NCBI GenBank assembly: GCA_035627515.1
Contig: DASPLQ010000012.1
Coordinates: 455,269-519,268, forward strand
DNA from: Vitreimonas sp.
Lineage (GTDB): Bacteria; Patescibacteriota; Microgenomatia; UBA1400; PJMF01
Reading direction: 5' to 3'
Length of the DNA: 64,000 nt
Positions 8,776-17,726 of the stretch are shown piece after piece. Each line of letters starts with the position of its first letter. Position 1 is the stretch's first letter. The notes below the pieces were generated by a model. That model was given only the letters and a program-made list of their open reading frames with translations, made no database searches and was not told where the DNA came from. Position numbers and translations under genes: made by a program.

Positions 8776-9560
8776 AACGAAGGTCTTTCTGTAACTACTA
8801 CTGGGTGGGTCGGAAAAGTTACGGTAAAGGTACTGCCTCTATTTTCTTGTGAATGAAACTCAATGGTAGCCGCTATCATGTCCACTAATAATTTAACTAT
8901 GTACAAACCCATCCCCGAGCCATCAGCTTTAGCCTTGATATTATCAGCTCTAAAAAACTTTGTAAACGTTTGAGACTGCTGGGTTAATGGGATTCCATAT
9001 CCGGTGTCTGTAATCTGCCATTGAATGTCGGCCGCCGTGCTTTTTAGTTTTACGGTGATCTGGCCATCAGCAGGGGTGTATTTAATGGCATTAGAAATCA
9101 GGTGCCTAAAAATAATCTTTACCACCTCTTCAGGATATGGCACTGGTGGCAGGTCGGTTTCATATTCCTCACTCACGTGCTGGTGCGTGTTTTTACCCCG
9201 GAGTTGCAGTTGTTCGGAAATGACTTGCTGTGAAAGGTGAGCCAGATTTATATTCTCCGGTTGGGGAAGTACATGGCCAGCTTTTAAGGTGGCAGAGTGC
9301 AAGAGGTGAGTCAGAACATCGCTGAGACGACGATTGCTGTCATAAATAGAGAGCACATGGTCGTATTGTTCAGGTGTGAGGGGGCCAATATCTCCTGCCA
9401 GTAACAGTTCAGTTAACCATGCCACAGATGAAATGGGGGTTCGTAACTGATGGGAGAGGTGAGTGAGAAATTCTAGTTGGGTACTATCGACGGTGGAGGA
9501 AGAGACGGACATATGATTGTGTGTGACGCGTGACCTACTTTTAATCCAGTGAGACCTCAC
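8772..9560 (-). CDS. Soluble sensor histidine kinase (HisKA + HATPase_c).
   Basis: H-box LSHQLRTPISSVAWLTELLL. N-box NAIKYTP. G-boxes DTGYGIP and GSGMGLYIVKLL. Confidence 0.8.
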   Translation of the reverse strand: MRSHWIKSRSRVTHNHMSVSSSTVDSTQLEFLTHLSHQLRTPISSVAWLTELLLAGDIGPLTPEQYDHVLSIYDSNRRLSDVLTHLLHSATLKAGHVLPQPENINLAHLSQQVISEQLQLRGKNTHQHVSEEYETDLPPVPYPEEVVKIIFRHLISNAIKYTPADGQITVKLKSTAADIQWQITDTGYGIPLTQQSQTFTKFFRADNIKAKADGSGMGLYIVKLLVDMIAATIEFHSQENRGSTFTVTFPTHPVVVTERPSL

Positions 9561-11406
9561 CTTTTTTAGCTATCATCCCAGTCACCGGCAAACTAAACCA
9601 AAAAGTAGTGCCCTTATTTTCTCCCGATTCAAACCAAATCTTTCCTCCAGATGATTCAATGACCGCTTTTACTAAATACAAACCTAAGCCAGTGCCATCT
9701 GACTCAACCTTGACAACATTTTCAGCCCGGAAAAACTTTTGGAAAACTTTATGTTGTTGTTCTTTAGGAATCCCATATCCAGAGTCAGTGACCTGCGAAA
9801 TGATTTGATCATCTTTTTTAGAAATGATGACCGTAACTTCTCCACCAGGTGGGGTGTACTTAATAGCATTAGTTAGTAAGTTCATGTAGACATGACTAAT
9901 TAATTGAGGATCCACATTTATGATAGGTAAGTCCTGATGAGCACTAATGATTAAATTGTGTTTTTTCTCTTGGACTTTTACGTCTAACTCAGTGGCTACT
10001 GTTTGGACTAATTTTAATAAATCAGTTGGTTTGGGATCGACAATAATGCGTCCTGACTCAATGCGCGAGATGTTCAGGAGTGAATTAACGAGTTGAATCA
10101 TGCGTTCCGTAGAGTCAGCAATGTTTTGGGCAAAGTCATGTTGTTCGGCTTCAAGTTTACCGGCATCACCAGCCAATAGCATCTCAGTGAACCATTTGAT
10201 AGCAGATAAAGGAGTACGGAGCTGATGGGAAGCTAGGGAAATAAACTCGGTCTTCATTCTATCGACTTCTTTTTCGTGCGTGATGTCACGAATGATCGTA
10301 ATCGTCCCAATGATCTCACCTTTTTTGACTACTGGCGTAGTGGTGATACTGACGTAGTGTTTATTGCTATCATAATCAATGACATAGCTGCCTTTAATTT
10401 GTTGACCGGTTTGAAGAGCTGTGCTAATTGGTTGAGCATCGGCGGGGACCAGTTGCTGTCTCTCATCAGTAAGGACCATGACGTCATTAATACGTTTACC
10501 TTCTGGATGAGGATCTTTGAGTTTGATGATTTCATGCAAGCGTTGATTAGTGAGCTGAATCCGACCTTCTTTATCAGTCACGATCATGCCATCACCAATA
10601 CTGACCAACATGGCTTCATCTTTTGCCTTCTCAGCTTCGATTTCAAGAATTTTAGTTTCCAACTGCCCGGTGCGTTCTTTAACTAAGGCTTCTAATTTAT
10701 CGCGAGTGGTGTCCACTTCGGCTCGCATTTTTTCAAAAGCAGTGGCCAACTCACCAATTTCATCATGAGTAGTAATAGGAATGCGAACTTTAAGGTTGCC
10801 CTTTTGCATTTCAAGTGCTGCTTCCTTCAAATGACGAATGTTACGAATCACTACTTGGTCAAGGAGAAGGGAAATCAGTACGTAGGCAATTACCATGCCA
10901 GCCAAAGTCAACAGCACCACAAAAATGATGAATTGATTCAAACGCTGAGCAGATTTGTCATTCGATAAAGCTAGGTGAGCGGCTGCCACTACTTTATTAT
11001 TAACCACTACTGGCGAAATGGCTTCTAGAACAGCCTCTCCCTCATGGTACTCATTTTTAATAGTTTCTATGCCATTAAAAGCGTTGTTAACTTCGTCAGC
11101 TTCATCTGCCGTTAATAAGGTTTCAGGCAAATTTTCAGTGGAGTAAATAACGGTATGGTCAGGTTTGAGTATTTGGGCAAAATTAACTTTCTCATCTAGG
11201 AGTGCTTCGAGCTTTCGCCGATCATTAGAGCTCTCAAAACTGAGATCACCACTTTCTAGAAGTGTAATGTAGGTAGAAATTCTATCAAATAACAGTTGTC
11301 TCTCAGTTTGGCTTTTGTTGCGAATGGTCATGCCACCAATCACCATCAGCACGATGAAGACGGGCACCAAAGTTAAAAGCAGAATTTTATTTTTAAGACT
11401 CAGCAT
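9541..11406 (-). CDS. Membrane-bound sensor histidine kinase (TM-sensor-HAMP-PAS-HisKA-HATPase_c).
   Basis: N-terminal TM LLLTLVPVFIVLMVIGGM plus a second TM after about 150 aa extracellular. H-box ASHQLRTPLSAIKWFTEMLL. NAIKYTPPGG, DSGYGIP and GTGLGLYLVKAVIE. Confidence 0.85.
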   Translation of the reverse strand: MLSLKNKILLLTLVPVFIVLMVIGGMTIRNKSQTERQLLFDRISTYITLLESGDLSFESSNDRRKLEALLDEKVNFAQILKPDHTVIYSTENLPETLLTADEADEVNNAFNGIETIKNEYHEGEAVLEAISPVVVNNKVVAAAHLALSNDKSAQRLNQFIIFVVLLTLAGMVIAYVLISLLLDQVVIRNIRHLKEAALEMQKGNLKVRIPITTHDEIGELATAFEKMRAEVDTTRDKLEALVKERTGQLETKILEIEAEKAKDEAMLVSIGDGMIVTDKEGRIQLTNQRLHEIIKLKDPHPEGKRINDVMVLTDERQQLVPADAQPISTALQTGQQIKGSYVIDYDSNKHYVSITTTPVVKKGEIIGTITIIRDITHEKEVDRMKTEFISLASHQLRTPLSAIKWFTEMLLAGDAGKLEAEQHDFAQNIADSTERMIQLVNSLLNISRIESGRIIVDPKPTDLLKLVQTVATELDVKVQEKKHNLIISAHQDLPIINVDPQLISHVYMNLLTNAIKYTPPGGEVTVIISKKDDQIISQVTDSGYGIPKEQQHKVFQKFFRAENVVKVESDGTGLGLYLVKAVIESSGGKIWFESGENKGTTFWFSLPVTGMIAKKGEVSLD

Positions 11407-11433
11407 TTATAGTGTTGGGTGAACTCACTTAAT

Positions 11434-13032
11434 TTATTCTTCGCCACTCGTTTCATTATCAATGGCCTTCATATCTGCCACGATCCGGTTGTAAGCTTGG
11501 TCAGCTGTCATTTTGCCATCTAAAACAGCCACTAAATATTGGCGGAAATCACGAGTCATCTTTTCATATTTTTCACCCAAAATGTAATCTACTGTTTTAG
11601 AATCGTAGACATTGCCACCATATTTATTACTAATGTAGCTAATGTATTTATCAAACTGGTCGGCTTGCTGTGAACTATCACCGGATTCACTTAAATTGCC
11701 TTTGATTCCGGAAGGGCCCTTAGCATAGCGAATCCATTTTTCAGCGTTATTGGGGGTAGAGTACTCCATCAATAAACTGACAGCCTCATCTTTAACTGGT
11801 GAATTTTTCATCACAGCAAACATGGGGTTATACCCACCCATATAGTGAGTTACTGGTTGGTACATAGGCATTTCAACCGGCACCATCTTCATAGTTTTGT
11901 CTTTATCGATGCCCCGCCAGTGACTATACATCCAACTAGCGCCGCCTGAATAAAAGACAGTTTTATTATCGAGAGGATAGTTGCGAGTAGGTACCCATTC
12001 TAAAGTTTCATACTCTGCTACTAAAGGTTCATATTGCGACATGTTCTCCAGCGTGGCGAGCGTTTTTCGCAGTGCAGCGCGTTTGGTCGGGGTGAGTTCT
12101 AGCTTTTTGAGTTCCGTAAGGTCAGAAATTTCTGACCGAAACAAACCTTGGAAAAGGTTAAAGGTAGCATTGCCGTAGCCTACGGTTGCACCTTTCTCAC
12201 TGCCATTGTCATAAAAGGCGCCATACTGTGTACCGTGTTGCTTGTTATATGCTTGAATAGCTTTCAGATAGCCAATGAGATCGGCGTCAGTCATGCCTTG
12301 TTCCTTAATTTTGATCCCCATCAAATCAGTCAATTCTTTGTTATAGAAAAAAGGTTGGTAAAAACCCTCGATAAAAGGTCCCGTAATGGTCCCATTCATA
12401 TGGTTGCGGAATTGCGGGTCACTTAAAACGAAGGGTTTCTGGGTTTCTTTAAATCCCGGGACAGTTTCAAAATCAACTAAGTGATTTTTAGCCCAGTTAG
12501 GATCACTAACACCTTCAGCAACATCACTATAGTTGAAAGGTTCAATCCAAATGACGTCCCACTTGATATCGCCACTTTTGATTTGATCAATAACGGCTTG
12601 CAGAGCTTCAGCCCGACCACCTGGGAAATCAACATTCCATTGCAGATTGACTTTAATATCAGGGTGACGAGCTTCAAATTCCCGGATAATTTCTAACATG
12701 TAATCTTCGCGTTTATCTTCGCCTTTCCAGTGGCCAATCATGTTGATAGTTTTTTGTTGGGTATTGGTGGCAGTTTGAGTGGTAATTTTTTGGCGAGTGG
12801 TGATTTCGTTATTGCAGAAAAAGGAAAAATAACCTAAACCAGCAAGGAGTAATACCAGTACTGTCCCGATGCCTAGTAGTGGCCATAACGTCAATCTACT
12901 TAAAAAGCTGCCTGAGTTAGTGTCAGCAGTGTCAGAATCTGGGAGTGAAGCTGATTCGTGAAGGTTTTGTTCGTTGGGTTTTGTTTCTAAAGAATAATCT
13001 TCTTGTGAAGGTGTGGGAAGGGCAGTGAACAT
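11434..13032 (-). CDS. Membrane-anchored extracellular solute-binding protein (ABC SBP family-1-like), probably a co-sensor or ligand receptor.
   Basis: N-terminal TM anchor LTLWPLLGIGTVLVLLLAGLGYF. Large extracytoplasmic domain with SBP-like layout (HWKGEDKREDYMLEIIREFEARHPDIKVNLQWNVDF...). No adjacent ABC permease or ATPase. Directly upstream of the sensor kinase in the same orientation. Confidence 0.45.
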   Translation of the reverse strand: MFTALPTPSQEDYSLETKPNEQNLHESASLPDSDTADTNSGSFLSRLTLWPLLGIGTVLVLLLAGLGYFSFFCNNEITTRQKITTQTATNTQQKTINMIGHWKGEDKREDYMLEIIREFEARHPDIKVNLQWNVDFPGGRAEALQAVIDQIKSGDIKWDVIWIEPFNYSDVAEGVSDPNWAKNHLVDFETVPGFKETQKPFVLSDPQFRNHMNGTITGPFIEGFYQPFFYNKELTDLMGIKIKEQGMTDADLIGYLKAIQAYNKQHGTQYGAFYDNGSEKGATVGYGNATFNLFQGLFRSEISDLTELKKLELTPTKRAALRKTLATLENMSQYEPLVAEYETLEWVPTRNYPLDNKTVFYSGGASWMYSHWRGIDKDKTMKMVPVEMPMYQPVTHYMGGYNPMFAVMKNSPVKDEAVSLLMEYSTPNNAEKWIRYAKGPSGIKGNLSESGDSSQQADQFDKYISYISNKYGGNVYDSKTVDYILGEKYEKMTRDFRQYLVAVLDGKMTADQAYNRIVADMKAIDNETSGEE

Positions 13033-13197
13033 AGTGGGTGTTTAATAATTTGATATTAAGTACATCATGAAGGCATCTACGTGTCAATGACACCTCCTCG
13101 AGTGTAGTGGGTGTGTATTTTTTCCTTGCATGATTTCCCGAGCTTTTTGCGACTAATTACATACAGCCATGCTATTGACGTGGCTGAGGAGGTGTTT

Positions 13198-13413
13198 ATG
13201 AGCGCACAGGAAAACTGGAGAACCAGACCAGCAACTTGTGGTCATACCGAAATGGTTAATGGCGAATTGGTGTGGATACTAGGACAAGCTCGACAAGCTT
13301 GGACCGAGAAAAAGTTTAAGGAAGAAGGGGAAGCGCGACGTCTAGCTCGGGAAGCAGCCATGGAAGACAGAGCAGCAGAACTGAACCAGGGTGAATTAGT
13401 AGACATTAAATAG
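13198..13413 (+). CDS. Small hypothetical protein. The ORF track starts at 13111; the internal Met MSAQENW was preferred.
   Basis: Only ORF evidence. Charged coiled-like C-terminus. Confidence 0.25.
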   Translation: MSAQENWRTRPATCGHTEMVNGELVWILGQARQAWTEKKFKEEGEARRLAREAAMEDRAAELNQGELVDIK

Positions 13414-13419
13414 GAATCT

Positions 13420-13983
13420 ATGCCTAAAGATGAAGTCATTTTAGTTAACGAGCTCGATCAGGAAATTGGCACCATGGACAAGGTGGAAGCTCATCGTGGC
13501 GAAGGTAAACTCCACCGAGCGATCTCTGTTTACTTGTTTCGTGAGCGTTCTGACTCATCTGGTCCGGAGTTATTAATCCAGCAACGCAGCGCCCAAAAAA
13601 TTGTGGGAGCTGGTCAGTGGGCTAATACCTGTTGTGGCAACGTTCGTCCAGGTGAGAGTTATGAAGACTGTGCGGTGCGGCGATTGAGTGAAGAGTTGGG
13701 GATTACTGGTGTTGAGCTGCAACCACTCTATAAATTTCACTACCATGTACGGTGCAATGATGAGTTTAGCGAACGCGAAATTGATCAGGTTTTTATTGGT
13801 TTTTATGATGAACAGCCGCAGCCAAATCCCGATGAGGTGGCTACAACTGATTGGGTGAACTGGGAAAAGATCACAAATAAAAAACAGCGCTCACAGTTAG
13901 GTAAAGATATTGCCCCCTGGTTTGCAATTATGTTAGATGATCAAAAACTAATCGACAGTCTTAATCACCAATTATCTTTGTAA
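13420..13983 (+). CDS. idi: Isopentenyl-diphosphate delta-isomerase, type 1 (NUDIX fold).
   Basis: Aligns by eye to E. coli Idi: VILVNELDQEIGTMDKVEAH / LHRAISVYLF / LLIQQRSAQKIVGAGQWANTCCGNVRPGESYEDCAVRRLSEELGI. Conserved Cys in the TCCG context and downstream Glu. Confidence 0.8.
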   Translation: MPKDEVILVNELDQEIGTMDKVEAHRGEGKLHRAISVYLFRERSDSSGPELLIQQRSAQKIVGAGQWANTCCGNVRPGESYEDCAVRRLSEELGITGVELQPLYKFHYHVRCNDEFSEREIDQVFIGFYDEQPQPNPDEVATTDWVNWEKITNKKQRSQLGKDIAPWFAIMLDDQKLIDSLNHQLSL

Positions 13984-13990
13984 GGACAGT

Positions 13991-14587
13991 ATGATCACAG
14001 AAAATCGAGTTAAAACCAGTGAAGCTGCTCAACATGCCAAAGAACGAAAAGGGGTCTATTGTTACTTTGTCTTGCCCACGGGCGATGGTGATAAATTAGT
14101 CTTATTTCAATTACCAGAAGAAGATTTTAGTAATGGTGGCAAACAAGAAGGGGAGCCGGAAGTTCATGAGTACTTAATCCCTTTTGCACCGAGCATGATT
14201 AGTTTAGTCAGTGGGGGAGCTAAAGAAGAAAGTGATTTTCATAAAGATATGTTGCGTGAGATTGAAAGCGAAGCTGGTTTAGCACTTCAGCCTGGAGATA
14301 TCACTCGTTTAAGTGAGCAACCTGTTACCTCCACTATTCAAGACAGACGGGATAGAGGGACCTTTAATATTTTAGGTATTCCCTTTTTATACTCTGTCAC
14401 CCCATATGGCCTAGCAATTGCAAAGCTTCATGCTATTCGCCATAAGCAACAGATGGTGGTAGCTACGCCGGCCGAGTTGGTTAATAACGAAAAGTACCAG
14501 TTAAGACCATTTGCTCAAACGGCAGTAAGGGTGTTGCCAGAATTGATGACTAGTAAAACTCACAGTATTGCAGTTGCATCAACATAA
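13991..14587 (+). CDS. Hypothetical protein with a degenerate NUDIX-like box, sitting inside the isoprenoid cluster.
   Basis: GGAKEESDFHKDMLREIESEAGL approximates the NUDIX signature Gx5Ex7REUxEExGU. Confidence 0.3.
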   Translation: MITENRVKTSEAAQHAKERKGVYCYFVLPTGDGDKLVLFQLPEEDFSNGGKQEGEPEVHEYLIPFAPSMISLVSGGAKEESDFHKDMLREIESEAGLALQPGDITRLSEQPVTSTIQDRRDRGTFNILGIPFLYSVTPYGLAIAKLHAIRHKQQMVVATPAELVNNEKYQLRPFAQTAVRVLPELMTSKTHSIAVAST

Positions 14588-14603
14588 TTTAAAATAAAAC
14601 GTT

Positions 14604-15404
14604 TTGTATATGAAAAAATTAACTCTTATCAAACTTGGTGGCTCGATTATTACTAATAAAGAAGTACCCATGACAGTGCGTGAAGACGTGCTGACACGGT
14701 TGGTGCGTGAAATTGCTAAGGCTCAAAAAGAAACCGGTGATGTTTACATCGTGGGTCACGGCCAAGGTAGCTTTGCCCACGCGCCGGCCATGCGCTATCA
14801 AACTATGGACGGTTTTATCAAAAGTGATAGCCGGATTGGGATGGCAATTACGCAAGATAGTGCAGCGCAACTCAATCGCATTGTGGTCAAACATTTTTTA
14901 AATGAACAACTACCTGCGGTCAGTTTCATGTTTAGTAATAGTATGGTGTTGCACAAACGTGAAGCCAAGCACTGGTGTAGCCAAGTCCTCGATCAATATT
15001 TACAAAAGGGTTTATTTCCTATTACTGGTGGCGACGTAATTGTTGATGAAGACCAAGGGTGTACGATTTGGTCCACGGAGCAAGTCTTAGCATATTTAGC
15101 GGAAACGCTTCCCGAAAAAGGCTACCAAGTTGCACGAGTCATCCACGTGGCAGAAGTGCCTGGAGTTTTGGATGCTGAACAAAAAGTAGTGCCCACAGTC
15201 TGCCGGGATAATCAAACTGAAGTCAAAAAATTAATCAATGGCACTAAAGGTTTTGATGTCACTGGTGGCATGTGGCACAAAATTGAAGAGTCATTAGACT
15301 TAGCTGATCAAGGTATTGCGAGCGTAATTCTGTCTGGGATGGAGAAAAATTGCTTGTATAATTGTTTGGTGGGCAAAGATTTTTTGGGCACCTTAATTCA
15401 ATAA
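14604..15404 (+). CDS. Isopentenyl phosphate kinase (amino-acid-kinase fold).
   Basis: IKLGGSIITNK (compare archaeal IPK LKLGGSILSDK). VGHGQGSFAH (compare VHGGGAFGH). FDVTGGMWHKIEE (compare IDVTGGMKYKIE). Confidence 0.8.
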   Translation: MYMKKLTLIKLGGSIITNKEVPMTVREDVLTRLVREIAKAQKETGDVYIVGHGQGSFAHAPAMRYQTMDGFIKSDSRIGMAITQDSAAQLNRIVVKHFLNEQLPAVSFMFSNSMVLHKREAKHWCSQVLDQYLQKGLFPITGGDVIVDEDQGCTIWSTEQVLAYLAETLPEKGYQVARVIHVAEVPGVLDAEQKVVPTVCRDNQTEVKKLINGTKGFDVTGGMWHKIEESLDLADQGIASVILSGMEKNCLYNCLVGKDFLGTLIQ

Positions 15405-15422
15405 TTTTTTTACAGTATTTTT

Positions 15423-16124
15423 ATGAGTAATAACATTGTTTCTGACAAAGTACCACAACATATAGCTCTTATCATGGATGGTAATCGACGGTGGGCCAAG
15501 CAGCATAAGTTAGAAGCTTTACGTGGCCATGAGTATGTAGCAAATCAAGTCATTGAGCCACTGGTAGAACACTGTATTGCTCGTGGTGTGAAGTACCTAA
15601 CGCTCTGGGCATTTAGTACTGAAAACTGGGGGCGTGAAAAAAGTGAGGTGGAAGGTTTGATGAATTTGTTTCGCCACGCCTTCACAAAAAATGCTGAGCA
15701 ATTACATGCTAAAGGCGTGCGTTTAAACACCATTGGCGACTTGTCACGCTTTCCCATTGATATTCATGATAATATCCAAAAATGGTTGGAGACGAGTAAA
15801 AATAATCAACGAATTACTGTGACCTTTGCTTTAAATTACGGTGGTAGAGATGAGTTGGTCAGAGCTATCAATCATTTGCTCGCAGAAGGTGCTAAAACCA
15901 TTTCCGCCGAAGAGATTTCTGCTCATCTAGATACTGCAGCCATGCCTGATCCAGATTTGATCATTCGCCCTGGTGGTGAGCAACGTTTATCGGGGTTATT
16001 ACCCTGGCAAAGTGTTTATGCTGAACTGTACTTCACAGATGTATTAATGCCAGATTTTTCACCAGCTGAATTAGATAAGGCGCTGGCAGAGTATGGACAC
16101 CGAGCACGTCGCTTTGGAAAGTAA
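15423..16124 (+). CDS. uppS: Undecaprenyl (isoprenyl) diphosphate synthase, cis-prenyltransferase.
   Basis: HIALIMDGNRRWAK, LTLWAFSTENWGR and RPGGEQRLSGLLPWQSVYAELYF. Confidence 0.9.
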   Translation: MSNNIVSDKVPQHIALIMDGNRRWAKQHKLEALRGHEYVANQVIEPLVEHCIARGVKYLTLWAFSTENWGREKSEVEGLMNLFRHAFTKNAEQLHAKGVRLNTIGDLSRFPIDIHDNIQKWLETSKNNQRITVTFALNYGGRDELVRAINHLLAEGAKTISAEEISAHLDTAAMPDPDLIIRPGGEQRLSGLLPWQSVYAELYFTDVLMPDFSPAELDKALAEYGHRARRFGK

Positions 16125-16158
16125 AATCTTACACCCACTTTTGCTCTTTGAGAAAACC

Positions 16159-16599
16159 TTAGAAAATGGTGACGCCGAGGATAATCTCCACGATTTGCAT
16201 GATCCAGTAAGCGCAGAATAACATCATGAAACCGAGAATAGCAGCGGTGATGCGCTGGCGACCTGAGTCAATCGATTTTTTAGATGCGGCTCCACTCAGC
16301 ATCTCGAAGCCACCCCAGACAATCATCACAAACAAAATCAGGCCGGCAATGGGGAAGGCAAATAATAAAAACCGAGAGATGAAACCACCGGGGGTGGAGA
16401 GTTCATTAGCAACCGGAGAGTTCATAAACTTCAAGGGGTTTAAGGCGTCGAGAGTAGCTTTATCAACTTTATCGAAGTCACGCAAAGCATCAGCAGGTGG
16501 GTTACTACCCATAGGACTTGCAGCCAAAATCTGGCTGGGTAAAAGCATTGCTAAAAAATTAAGTAGTATAGATAGAGCAATCAAAACACTTTTTTTCAT
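16159..16599 (-). CDS. T4SS-type pilin-like protein, orphan paralog outside the main array. Start moved to MKKSVLIAL; the ORF track gives 16614.
   Basis: Signal peptide MKKSVLIALSILLNFLAMLLPSQILAA. Core WGGFEMLSGAASKKSIDSGRQRITAAILGFMMLFCAYWIMQIVEIILG. Confidence 0.55.
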   Translation of the reverse strand: MKKSVLIALSILLNFLAMLLPSQILAASPMGSNPPADALRDFDKVDKATLDALNPLKFMNSPVANELSTPGGFISRFLLFAFPIAGLILFVMIVWGGFEMLSGAASKKSIDSGRQRITAAILGFMMLFCAYWIMQIVEIILGVTIF

Positions 16600-16603
16600 A
16601 GCT

Positions 16604-17659
16604 TTATGATCCAAAACCAGGAATTTGCAGGATACTAACTCCGATAAATTGTAAGCCGGCTACTGAGAATAATGTGAACAATAAACCTACCACTGCAGAA
16701 GTTAACATATCTTTGGCTTCGCTGGTGCGTTTAGGATCACCCTGACTGATAGCGAACATGAAGCCCGAACTTAGACTCAATAACACCGATGTCCCGGCAG
16801 ATACAGAAATGCCGATCTTGAGAATACTTTGAATTAAGTCAGTAGGATCAGTTGATAAACAACCCACAGCTGTCCAAATACCATCAGACTCTAAGCAGCT
16901 CGTGCATTTGCCATAAGCAGCAGTACTTTCAGGAATCTGTTTACAGAGTTCAAAGTCATAGAGTTCTGAGGAAGCTTTTGCCAGGTGGACACCACAAATA
17001 AATTCATCTTGGCCAGTGATATTGCTGCCTAAAATGCCTCTATTTCCTCGCAGTTCCAGCCGACTAATGTTGTCTTTTTTAAAGTTACCGCTTACGCCTT
17101 CCCACTCAGTGATTAAATAGCCATTATCCCAATTACACTTAAAATTTGAACTTTTACTAATTCCATCCCATTCACCTTCAAACACTTTTTCCAAACCATC
17201 TTCTAATTCACCGGTAACTGCTACACCAACAAAAGTACCTACACCAGGCACCGCAGTCCCAATGGTCCCACCAGCTATGGCTTCTAGTTCTTCAAAACTA
17301 TCATTAGTCCGTTGTTGGCTCACGTGACAGTTTTCAGTTTGTTCATCACTACTCGGTGTGGTGGCTAAGACGGCATATTCCAAAACCATACCTTTTGGTA
17401 ATTGGTGAAGGGTACTGGGTTTGCCGTCGTCCGTAGAACCTTGGGTTTTATAAATAATATCTCCGGTCTTAGTATCACGGAAAATAAAAGTACAATTACA
17501 GGCAGCAGGATTGGTGCTACAACCAAAATCACTCATGGCTGGAGTTTCAGCAAAAACGAAAGAAGGGGTTAGCAAAAGGACACTGGGTACGAAAAGAGCC
17601 ACCAAAAAACGAGCAAGTGAGCGAAAAACTTTTCTTGTCACCCCTGTATTGTATCGCAT
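16604..17659 (-). CDS. Secreted Cys-rich protein fused to a C-terminal pilin-like domain. Possible minor or tip pilin.
   Basis: N-terminal signal anchor, then an extracellular domain of about 250 aa with 14 or more Cys. C-terminus ISQGDPKRTSEAKDMLTSAVVGLLFTLFSVAGLQFIGV matches the pilin core with two TM helices. Confidence 0.5.
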   Translation of the reverse strand: MRYNTGVTRKVFRSLARFLVALFVPSVLLLTPSFVFAETPAMSDFGCSTNPAACNCTFIFRDTKTGDIIYKTQGSTDDGKPSTLHQLPKGMVLEYAVLATTPSSDEQTENCHVSQQRTNDSFEELEAIAGGTIGTAVPGVGTFVGVAVTGELEDGLEKVFEGEWDGISKSSNFKCNWDNGYLITEWEGVSGNFKKDNISRLELRGNRGILGSNITGQDEFICGVHLAKASSELYDFELCKQIPESTAAYGKCTSCLESDGIWTAVGCLSTDPTDLIQSILKIGISVSAGTSVLLSLSSGFMFAISQGDPKRTSEAKDMLTSAVVGLLFTLFSVAGLQFIGVSILQIPGFGS

Positions 17660-17726
17660 TTTTGCAAAAAAAGCCGCAATTCTTTTCAGAGCAGCTAATC
17701 TGAGTCAAATTTGATACACTTGAGGT

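Noticed and set aside
8399-10968. Small plus-strand ORFs (8399-8599, 9025-9240, 9608-9808, 10276-10686, 10586-10768, 10765-10968) inside the receiver and kinase genes.
   Set aside because: Antisense to well-supported two-component genes with clear catalytic motifs. No independent support.
13991-14587. Assignment of the ORF between idi and the IPK as a mevalonate-pathway decarboxylase or kinase.
   Set aside because: Too short (198 aa) and lacks the GHMP-kinase motifs. Only a degenerate NUDIX-like box is visible.
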